NCBI GenBank assembly: GCA_963772455.1
Contig: CAVYXJ010000019.1
Location: forward strand, 1-49,406
Length of the DNA stretch: 49,406 nucleotides
From: Candidatus Bathyarchaeota archaeon
GTDB taxonomy: Archaea; Thermoproteota; Bathyarchaeia; Bathyarchaeales; Bathycorpusculaceae
Direction of reading: 5' to 3'
The notes under the pieces: generated by a model
Databases searched by the model: none
Seen by the model: the letters and a program-made list of their open reading frames with translations, nothing else
Told to the model about the DNA's origin: nothing
In this document: positions 40,232 to 48,049 of the stretch, in pieces
Position numbering within the stretch: position 1 is the first letter of the stretch
How the letters are laid out: each line of letters starts with the position of its first letter
Made by a program: the position numbers and the translations under genes

Positions 40232-40585
40232 TTATTTTTGCTTTTCTTTGAGAATTGCGCCCACTTGGTTAAAGTCTGGGGCAGAATATAGAATCCAGTT
40301 TATCTTTGTCAGGTAACTGTACCTTAGTACGTTCCTGATTTCTCCGAGTGTCCATGTGTTTAAAATGGGGTCAATGGGGTAGAAGATTGGTCCTGGAGGT
40401 AGTCTAACATCGTTCAAGGAATCAATAAATGCGCCAGCTTTCTTTATTTTTTCAAGATGTTCTGGCTTGAGTTTTACGTTGTATTCTTTTGCTACAGCTT
40501 CTGGGTTGCTTAGGAATTTTAGTCTAAATGCTCGGTCTTTGGTTGCACAGAGAAGCATATATCTTAAGTTTTTTTCTTCACTCAT
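40232..40585 (-). CDS. Putative RiPP precursor with NHLP-clan-like leader
   Basis: ATKDRAFRLKFLSNPEAVAKEYNVKLKPEHLEKI matches the D-x2-FR-x2-(F/L)L-x-NP-x2-A nitrile-hydratase-like leader pattern; aromatic/Pro-rich C-terminal half; 48 nt upstream of the rSAM gene. Confidence 0.7.
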   Translation of the reverse strand: MSEEKNLRYMLLCATKDRAFRLKFLSNPEAVAKEYNVKLKPEHLEKIKKAGAFIDSLNDVRLPPGPIFYPIDPILNTWTLGEIRNVLRYSYLTKINWILYSAPDFNQVGAILKEKQK

Positions 40586-40616
40586 AAAAATCGACCTGTA
40601 TTAAGTAATGTTGATC

Positions 40617-40633
40617 ATTAAATATATACGTTT
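40617..40633 (-). promoter_or_regulatory. BRE/TATA-like promoter of the precursor gene
   Basis: Minus strand AAACGTATATATTTAA about 35 nt upstream of ATG 40585, followed by an AGGT SD-like element. Confidence 0.45.
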
Positions 40634-40893
40634 AGTAACACTCCAGACTTGAGAGTGGCGAGTGAGCGCATGTTTGTTTTGCTTATTCAAAAATAAACTT
40701 TAGGAAATCATATCTTCAAGAATCGTTTATGTTGGCAAAGCTGCTGACGTGAAAGTTTGGAATATTGATTCATAAGTCTTTTAAGATAAACGCTTAGAGT
40801 TCAAATTTTCAATTAAGAACCTCCGCATACGATGATTAATCCCAAACCTTTTAAGCAGTTCATTGCAACGAGGATAAATTAAAGGGATAAGAA

Positions 40894-41385
40894 ATGAGCA
40901 AACTAGATTTAGTTCCAAAAAAGAAGAGGCTTAATGTTGGATTAATTGCAGTTGCTTTGATCGTTATTATTGTTGGCGCAGCTTCATTTTGTTGCTTAAG
41001 TAGCGCAAGTGAATACCCGACTCTGTCAAGTATGGCTGGCATTTATTCAAACACATCAACAGGATCCATAATAACTCTTTATGAGGATGGCACATCACTA
41101 TTTGACACACATGATGGCATATGGCACATAGTCAATGCAACAGCCTTCGAAGTCTCATATACAACAGTAAGCGGACGTCAATTCTTTGAATTCAGAATCA
41201 CAAATAACGGTTTCACAGCAGCTGATACTGGAAACGTGTACGTTAAAACTACGTCTGCAACGGCTTCCCCGAGCCCGACAGTGCCAGAATTCAGCAACAC
41301 ATCGCTAGCTTTAATCGTGACTATGATAGCAGTCGCAACTTGCACAGTTGGTTTAGTAGCAAAGAAAGGGAAAAAAACGATTTAG
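40894..41385 (+). CDS. Surface protein with PEF-CTERM-like signal
   Basis: N-terminal TM helix; SPSPTVPEF followed by a TM helix and KKGKK. Confidence 0.75.
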   Translation: MSKLDLVPKKKRLNVGLIAVALIVIIVGAASFCCLSSASEYPTLSSMAGIYSNTSTGSIITLYEDGTSLFDTHDGIWHIVNATAFEVSYTTVSGRQFFEFRITNNGFTAADTGNVYVKTTSATASPSPTVPEFSNTSLALIVTMIAVATCTVGLVAKKGKKTI

Positions 41386-41448
41386 TTAAGGCATTTTGAC
41401 AAACACAAGAAAACAAAAATTCTAAAAACTCTTTTTTTATTTTAGATA

Positions 41449-41844
41449 TTATGTTTGGATATGTGTGATTTGTATTAGATTGCCACAGGTGTCGTCCAAT
41501 ACTGCGATAGTCGAAGGCGTACCCATAAGCTTTGTTGGCTGCATGGTAAAGTTTACGCCCAGCTTTTTTAGTCGTTCATACTCTTTTTGGACATCATCCA
41601 CAAAGAATGCTGCAGCGCGAATATTCTGCTTGAAAAGAGCTTGCTGATATGCCTTTGCAGCTGGATTTTCGTTTGGCTCAAGAACCAACTCAGTACCATT
41701 TTGGTCTTCAGGTGAAACAACAGTCAACCACCTATATCCCCCGGCTGATATATCTGCCTTTTTTATAAAACCAAGCATCTCAGTATAAAATTTTAGAGCT
41801 TTTTCCTGATCATCAACATACACACTGGTTAACTTAATTCTCAA
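41449..41844 (-). CDS. VOC/glyoxalase family protein
   Basis: VYVDDQEKALKFYTEMLGF and DDTCGNLIQI motifs. Confidence 0.93.
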   Translation of the reverse strand: MRIKLTSVYVDDQEKALKFYTEMLGFIKKADISAGGYRWLTVVSPEDQNGTELVLEPNENPAAKAYQQALFKQNIRAAAFFVDDVQKEYERLKKLGVNFTMQPTKLMGTPSTIAVLDDTCGNLIQITHIQT

Positions 41845-42041
41845 AAAATCACCAATAATAATTAATGATCTAAAAATTAATATTCTTTACGTCAACTTAT
41901 CGGTAAGTCAAGACAAATTACTCCACAGAGTATATGCCTTCTAACCATCAGCTTGTGCCGGAAAAAACTTATTCCTATTTGTCTAGTTTTTGTCAGAATT
42001 TTTATATCTGGTCTTATCACATTAACGTCTTGGCGAATTGC

Positions 42042-42266
42042 ATGCGCGATTTCGATGTAGTGCTTTTAGAAGACGAAACTGGCGGTTATGTAGCTATAGT
42101 GCCTGCTTTGCCTGGATGTCATACACAAGGTGATACATTGGCTGAGGTTATGGAAAACGCTAAAGAAGCAATAGAGCTTTACTTGGAAACCTTAACTGTT
42201 GAGGAAAAGAAAGATTTGCTAAAAGGAAAAGTTGTGAGTATTCAAAAAGTGAAAGTTCTTGCCTAA
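42042..42266 (+). CDS. hicB: HicB-family antitoxin
   Basis: GGYVAIVPALPGCHTQGDTLAEVMENAKEAIELYLE. Confidence 0.93.
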   Translation: MRDFDVVLLEDETGGYVAIVPALPGCHTQGDTLAEVMENAKEAIELYLETLTVEEKKDLLKGKVVSIQKVKVLA

Positions 42267-42356
42267 AATTTCGCCTGTCGATTCCAATCAGCTAATTAAA
42301 ATTCAATGAGCCTCATCAAGTCGGTTTTAATGTTAGTCCGTCAAAAAGGTTCACGC
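42259..42356 (+). pseudogene. hicA: HicA toxin remnant
   Basis: TTG overlaps the hicB end; MPKISPVDSNQLIKIQ* is followed by an out-of-frame VRQKGS(R) where HicA has RQ(K/R)GSH; the rest is missing. Confidence 0.65.
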
Positions 42357-42383
42357 TTCTAAGTGTGACACGACATTAGATTG

Positions 42384-42748
42384 CAAAATTTGTATTAAAA
42401 GAAGGGCAGAGAATCTGTCGCCTGTTTTTTTGCTAACGATGTATCTGTTTCTCGGTTATCACAATACCAATCGCTGGTATTGCTGAGTATATCGAACTTG
42501 GGCTTCTGCAATTTGGCGCAATGTCGGAGTTTGCTGGAGGAGGAAGTGGTGGGGGACTGATTGTGGGTTGCAAAATTTATTAAAAGAAGTGCACCAGATT
42601 ATGTCGCCAGTTTTTGTGCTAAATGTATCTTTTCTCGTTATCACAATTGACCATCGCTGAGTATTGCTGGATATATCGAATTGGGCTTCTGCAATTTGGG
42701 CATGTCGGAGTTGGGAGGAGGAGGTGGTGGGGGACTGATTGTGGGTTG
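42384..42748. repeat. Imperfect tandem duplication of about 185 bp rich in indels
   Basis: Two copies of caaaattt..attaaaagaag...gctaa..tgtatc...gggcttctgcaatttgg...gtggtgggggactgattgtgggttg. Confidence 0.85.
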
Positions 42749-43345
42749 AGCATTAACTTGGGATGCACCACAGTTAGAGCAGAATTTTGAGTTTGAATCG
42801 TTAGCGGTTCCACACATTGCACAATTTTTAGAGAAGCTGGTACTGTTTTGCTTTTGGCTTTGGGGTTGCGCAAAGTTGGGCGTAGGTTGATTTACATGGA
42901 TATTTTGCGGCGCATTCTTGGCTTGGTTTATAGCGGCTACCCATTCTTCGTTGCTTTTTCCGCCAGATACGACGTATGCATGTACAGGTTTTGCGCCTCC
43001 TACACCATCAATTCGTACGTAGGATTGCCCGAGCTTTTTTCCTGCTTCGGCGCGTGTAATGTTTTGCAGGAGGGTATAGTAACTTCCTTCTTGGGTAGCT
43101 AACTCGTCTATCTGAGCCTTGGAAACGTTTCTTTCGATCGCTTGTGCTGCAAAGATGCCGCCGATTGCCCATGCAGCCGCTCTTGCTGCGCCTCCCTTGG
43201 AGATGTAGACCAAGCGTCTGTCTGTTAGTATTAGGGTACCCAGCTCCGCGAATGCGCCTGCTTTAAGCCCTATGGTTGGTGGTGATTCTGATTCGTGGTC
43301 TTTAACACCTGATTCCTGTCTCAATATGGTTTCCGTTTCAGACAT
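42619..43345 (-). CDS. PH-like domain plus zinc-ribbon protein with poly-Pro linker; C-terminus frameshifted
   Basis: GTLILTDRRLVY; CAMCG...FCSNCG; PPPPPP; tail PTCPNCRSPIRYIQQY...CDNEKRYI in a shifted frame. Confidence 0.7.
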
Positions 43346-43516
43346 GCACAGACCTTCCTTCTTAGTAAGCAAGTTAACGTTTTAAGGTTATCGTAAAACG
43401 CTTAACTTTGGATACCACATCAAAAATGGAATTTAAACTGCTAATTCCCCAGAAAAAGCTCAATTTAGGCAAAGTCCTGAGTATAAAGCCTGCAAAAGCA
43501 CCAATGGCAGGTTACA

Positions 43517-43768
43517 AACCCCTGCAGGATCGCTAAGATTCGCCTTACGCTCAAGCAGCAAGTTCTTAACTTAGATTCGACAAATTTGATTTATGGGCAG
43601 TAAAAAAGCAAGCAATGTCTCAGATGGATTACCAAGCCCGCTAACCCCTGCAGGATCGCTAAGATTCGCCTTACGCTCAAGCAGCAAGTTCTTAACTTAG
43701 ATTCGACAAATTTGATTTATGGGCAGTAAAAAAGCAAGCAATGTCTCAGATGGATTACCAAGCCCGCT
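43517..43768. repeat. Exact 126-bp tandem duplication
   Basis: 43517-43642 equals 43643-43768 (aacccctgcagg...accaagcccgct). Confidence 0.95.
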
Positions 43769-44168
43769 TGAATGGCAGATTGACGAGGCATGTTTCTACA
43801 TAGATAAGCGTATTGCAAGTTATTCTGAACCCACTAAGAATCCGCTCACAACACACGGAAAAGAAATTGGCACTTTGATGACAACCTACGGGTTAGCCAA
43901 GGGCAGCCCCGGCATTACTATAGTGGGAATGACGAAAATGTCCCAGCCAAATAGCAACAAGAAAGGCTGGATTGTACACTGGAAAGACGTCCGAGAGGTA
44001 AAAACTAAGCCAGAAGAACAACTTATATTCTTGAAGGAGAAGCTGTTCACCGGCGGTTTAGGTGGCGGTTTAGGAACATTTCACATTCATTGCACGTTAG
44101 AAAACTATGAAACAGTTCTTTCAGCCTGCCAAGCCTTCCAAAGCCGAGCGTCAAAACGCAAGCGATAA
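43719..44168 (+). CDS. Hypothetical protein (possible PH-like fold)
   Basis: 149 aa; VHWKDVREVK...IHCTLENYETV. Confidence 0.6.
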   Translation: MGSKKASNVSDGLPSPLEWQIDEACFYIDKRIASYSEPTKNPLTTHGKEIGTLMTTYGLAKGSPGITIVGMTKMSQPNSNKKGWIVHWKDVREVKTKPEEQLIFLKEKLFTGGLGGGLGTFHIHCTLENYETVLSACQAFQSRASKRKR

Positions 44169-44312
44169 CCATTTGAGGATACCTTTGTGCACACTTTAAT
44201 ATTGTGAGCTATGGATTCTTCTCTTTTCATAAAAATTGATAAAAAATTTGGAAGCGAAAATTTTCGCTTGCTGTGTTCTAGGGCTGGGAACGGATAGTGA
44301 ATCAAGCTGTTT

Positions 44313-45608
44313 TTAAATGCGCTCGTCTTTCTCGCAAGCTATTCCTAATATGAAGACAGTTGTTAACATCACTAACAACGTTAAGGTAATAATTGAACCG
44401 AACTCGGGTATCGTATTATCTCCGTCCGCATCAACTTTCAGAAGAAATGCATCTTCAAGTCCGACGCCAAAGCTTGCAGTTTCGCCTACAATGTAAACAA
44501 ATGAGTCGCGAACAGCGATACCATGTGCTTGCTCCAAAGCAGGTCCTCCCCAAGTTTTGGCAAGCGTCAAGGCACCTTGTTGGTTATATCTTAGCAAGAC
44601 TACATCGAAGTTACCGCTGCCGTAGCTTTGGGTGTTTCCTGCAACGTAAATTGAGGAGCCATCTGAGTTAATGTCAACTGCTCGAGCAACTTCAGCTCTG
44701 CTGCCTCCCCAAGTTGCGTTCCAGACAAGTAGCCCATTCGTATCGTATTTTAAAAGAAAAATCTCGTCTCCGTTAAAACTTGTGGTTAATCCTACCGAGT
44801 AGATGTAATTATTGCTCATAGTCATGCCGAAAGCGTCGTCTAACCCTAATCCACCCCAGGTAGTGTTCCAAGCGTAGGCACCGTTTGCCTTGTTGAAAGC
44901 GACAAGAACCGCATCTCCGCCTAAACCTAATGGAAGAGCATTGTAGTGACCAACAACGTAAATGTAGTTGTTGTCAAAACCAAGTTGCCCATTAGCTTCA
45001 TCTACGCCGTTTGTGCCCCATGTTTTGCTCCAAATCTGATCTCCATTTAAATTGTATTTTAAAACTACTATGTCAGTTTGAGTAGTCTCTCCTGTTGCCC
45101 ATCCGGATACGTAAATGCTTTCTCCGTCAACTTTTAGACCGTCTACTTCATCGTAACCGTGTCCACTGCCGTCCCATGTGCGACTCCACACAAGATTTCC
45201 GTTTGAAGCGTCTAGTTTCAAAATGAATATGTCGGTTGCTGTCGGGGAGAAACTTAGGAATTTTGCTCCTCCAACATACACAAATCCATTGCTTTCTGTT
45301 ATTACGTATGGTTTGTCATCGAATCCTCCATCCCAAGTTGTATTCCATAGTTCGACGCCGTTTGGATCTAGTTTTATTATAAATGCGTCTGCGATGGGGC
45401 TCTTTACTCGGTCGAAACCTGTGAAGTACACGTTACCCTGATTATCAGTTGTTACGCTCCATCCTTCGTCAGATCTGGAGCTTCCATGAGTAATGTTCCA
45501 AATAGGCTGGAGCGTTCCTGTGGGTTGCTGAGCGTAAACATTTAGAGGTGAACCAAATATGATGAATAAAATAAGAATAAATGTAAATAGAAAGTGGAAG
45601 CTTTTCAT
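44313..45608 (-). CDS. Secreted beta-propeller (SBBP-like) repeat protein with PEF-CTERM-like signal
   Basis: About seven repeats of W..TWGG...D......D...IYV.G...D..LLKY...G; IPEF followed by a TM helix. Confidence 0.85.
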   Translation of the reverse strand: MKSFHFLFTFILILFIIFGSPLNVYAQQPTGTLQPIWNITHGSSRSDEGWSVTTDNQGNVYFTGFDRVKSPIADAFIIKLDPNGVELWNTTWDGGFDDKPYVITESNGFVYVGGAKFLSFSPTATDIFILKLDASNGNLVWSRTWDGSGHGYDEVDGLKVDGESIYVSGWATGETTQTDIVVLKYNLNGDQIWSKTWGTNGVDEANGQLGFDNNYIYVVGHYNALPLGLGGDAVLVAFNKANGAYAWNTTWGGLGLDDAFGMTMSNNYIYSVGLTTSFNGDEIFLLKYDTNGLLVWNATWGGSRAEVARAVDINSDGSSIYVAGNTQSYGSGNFDVVLLRYNQQGALTLAKTWGGPALEQAHGIAVRDSFVYIVGETASFGVGLEDAFLLKVDADGDNTIPEFGSIITLTLLVMLTTVFILGIACEKDERI

Positions 45609-45669
45609 ATTCTTCAGCTCTTTTCGAGGAAAATAACTATTATTGAATACTGGGAATTTCTGGATTTTT

Positions 45670-46257
45670 CTATCCTTTCTTGGATGAATTTCCAGTCGGC
45701 GCTATTATTACTTGACCTTTAGTGACGTCAAATGTTATGCTGTGTTCATTTAGAAACTTGGAGATGGCACCGCTTACTTTTTTGAGGTAGTTTTCTAGAC
45801 TTGCTTTGTATTGGTCGTTTGTCACGTTAGAAACGCCCTTTTTGATTTTACCTTGTAGAAACAGGCTGCAGGTTTCGTTGATGCAGTCAGATGCTTTTGC
45901 CTTGTCAGCTAAGAGCGTCTGGTTGTCAATTCTTGCGTACGCAGTTATTTTTGGGTTGTTTTCAGGAGTTGAAAATTCAGGAGCGGCAAAAATCACTATT
46001 GCCGGAGGGCGGTTTACGTTAAAATTTGAAAGCACATTTGTTAAGTCAGGGGCGCCCATGCTCCATATTCCTACAAAAATGTTATTTTCAGCCCTAACGC
46101 CAGCATTGTATAGCTCTTCCTTAAGATCTGTGTAATCTTTCAGCAACGCGGGTAAATAAAACACGTAAACCTTGCAATTGTTTGGCACATCTGAAGCTAA
46201 TTTCAGGTCATTTAGCGCTGCTTTAAAAAGTGTGTTTGGTCTAAAAAGTAGTTCCAT
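45670..46257 (-). CDS. Hypothetical protein (possible thioredoxin-like fold without CxxC)
   Basis: 195 aa; FNVNRPPAIVIF resembles the cis-Pro strand of thioredoxin folds. Confidence 0.6.
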   Translation of the reverse strand: MELLFRPNTLFKAALNDLKLASDVPNNCKVYVFYLPALLKDYTDLKEELYNAGVRAENNIFVGIWSMGAPDLTNVLSNFNVNRPPAIVIFAAPEFSTPENNPKITAYARIDNQTLLADKAKASDCINETCSLFLQGKIKKGVSNVTNDQYKASLENYLKKVSGAISKFLNEHSITFDVTKGQVIIAPTGNSSKKG

Positions 46258-46469
46258 CTTATCACATAATCTAGTAAATTATAGTTCTACTAAAAAGGTT
46301 TCCTAAAAGGCGAAAACCTCACTGATACAGCGTACATTGTTTGGGCAAAGGCCTGTTAAGAAACGGAGATAAGTGGATCAACAGCCTTTGGATGAAAGTA
46401 AAAATGAACTTGTTTTCTTTTTCATACCGATACTTAGAGCTCTGCAAGGTCACGAAATAATATCTCACT

Positions 46470-46619
46470 TTACATTAGTTCGTCAAACATGCTGTCTGAT
46501 TCTTCGGTTAACTGATCATCCCAGCATTCCCAACACATATCCTCAAAGTCCACACTATCTTCACGGCTGATTGCCTTTCCACAAATCCTGCATTTTCTCA
46601 AATTCCTTTCTTCAGTCAA
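46470..46619 (-). CDS. Small C4 zinc-finger protein with acidic tail (49 aa, not in ORF track)
   Basis: MTEERNLRKCRICGKAISREDSVDFEDMCWECWDDQLTEESDSMFDELM; GGAG 8 nt upstream of TTG. Confidence 0.7.
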   Translation of the reverse strand: MTEERNLRKCRICGKAISREDSVDFEDMCWECWDDQLTEESDSMFDELM

Positions 46620-46718
46620 ACGAGTTTCTCCAATTACACTTTAATATCGTAAAGGAACTTGCGGGGTGTTTAAAAAAAGAGGCATTGCATTAGCTGTTCT
46701 TTTTTTTGGATCAGTAGT

Positions 46719-47141
46719 TTAGATATGAGGGAGGAATTGGGATTGTATAATTGATGGGACTGTCAACAGTAGAATTCCTATGATGAAGATTAGGATAAAT
46801 TTTGTTGAGAGGTTGTATTTCTTTGCGGTTTCATAGCCAAAAACGAACCAGACTGGGTAGAGTGCTACAAACATCATCGCTATCCACACTGGGAACGCTG
46901 CTTTGGTTATGCCGGTTAAGCCTTGGTCGAACATAATGAATGATCCCTTTAAATCGACAAATCCAGGTATGATCCATCGGTACCAATCCATGTAGAGGGC
47001 TACTCCTCCAAAGATAAAGCTCGTTAAGATGGCTGATGAGAGAGCATATAGCATTAGCTTTGAAAACTTGTAGTTAGCTGAAGCAATGTAGAGAATAGCT
47101 CCAAAAAAGAGAAGACCAAAAGGATCAACAAAAAAACTCAT
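46719..47141 (-). CDS. Hypothetical integral membrane protein
   Basis: Four hydrophobic helices; GGAGG SD upstream. Confidence 0.75.
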   Translation of the reverse strand: MSFFVDPFGLLFFGAILYIASANYKFSKLMLYALSSAILTSFIFGGVALYMDWYRWIIPGFVDLKGSFIMFDQGLTGITKAAFPVWIAMMFVALYPVWFVFGYETAKKYNLSTKFILIFIIGILLLTVPSIIQSQFLPHI

Positions 47142-47296
47142 GGAATACCTCCAAACTTATTAGAAAGGGTTTTTGTTTCAACTAAAATAATCTCCCATAT
47201 GGTTATAAAATAATAATAATGTTTTTTTCATATTTCTGTTGTACTTGCTTAACAAAAAACTTTATTCCTAAAAATAGGGAAGGATTGTGGTTGAAC

Positions 47297-48046
47297 TTAT
47301 AGTGGGTTTATTTTTAATTTGCGTATTATTTTCTTTTGTGGCATTTGTGTTTCTTGTAAAGTTTTTGGTTGGGTTATTTGATTGTCAGGAGGTGTTTGTT
47401 TGGGTTTATCTTCAGGAGTGATTAATTCTATTTTGATTCTTGAAGGCGTTTTGAAACTAAAGACTACGCCTTGACCTGGGTTGGCGGTGATTTTAGATGG
47501 ATTAATTGTTTTTTCAGTGCATTCTACTTGAATTGATTGTGATTGTCTTGGAGTTTTCCCTATTTGAGGGTAAATTATTTTCAATTCGGCTTGGGCTTTT
47601 GTTAAAGTATTAGTTATTTGATAAATTCCTGGACGCAATAGTGTTGCAACAAACATGTCTTGATTTGTTAATTCGCGGTTATCAAAAGTTTTTTTGCCTT
47701 CATTTTCGGGTTTTGTAATTTCTATGTTGTATCCGCCGGCTCCGGTTGAGACAAAGAATAAAGCGTATCCTCCAGATACAAGGTTAAAGCAGCTGCATTC
47801 TATATTCTTTGATTGTTCAGAGAGGGGAGCTTCTAGAGCCTTTAGGTCAATTTTGACGCTTGGCTGCATTGTGGGCGAATGTTCAACTATTATCTTAAAT
47901 TGGCCTACTTCATTTTCGTTTCGTTTGATTTTGCCAAAATATGCGCCAGGTTCTGAAAATCTGTGGACTACAGAAGCTAACATCGTAAGTGAACCACTGT
48001 CAACGTTTGCTTGAGAAAAAATAAAACGATCAATCATTTTATTCAC
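47297..48046 (-). CDS. Conserved-looking hypothetical beta-sandwich (cupredoxin-like) protein
   Basis: VVHRFSEPGAY and LLRPGIYQITN internal repeat; GAGGTG SD; 3 nt after the upstream gene. Confidence 0.65.
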   Translation of the reverse strand: MNKMIDRFIFSQANVDSGSLTMLASVVHRFSEPGAYFGKIKRNENEVGQFKIIVEHSPTMQPSVKIDLKALEAPLSEQSKNIECSCFNLVSGGYALFFVSTGAGGYNIEITKPENEGKKTFDNRELTNQDMFVATLLRPGIYQITNTLTKAQAELKIIYPQIGKTPRQSQSIQVECTEKTINPSKITANPGQGVVFSFKTPSRIKIELITPEDKPKQTPPDNQITQPKTLQETQMPQKKIIRKLKINPL

Positions 48047-48049
48047 CTC

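Noticed and set aside
46373-46570. 65-aa plus-strand ORF
   Set aside because: It overlaps a better-supported minus-strand zinc-finger ORF that has an SD and a motif.
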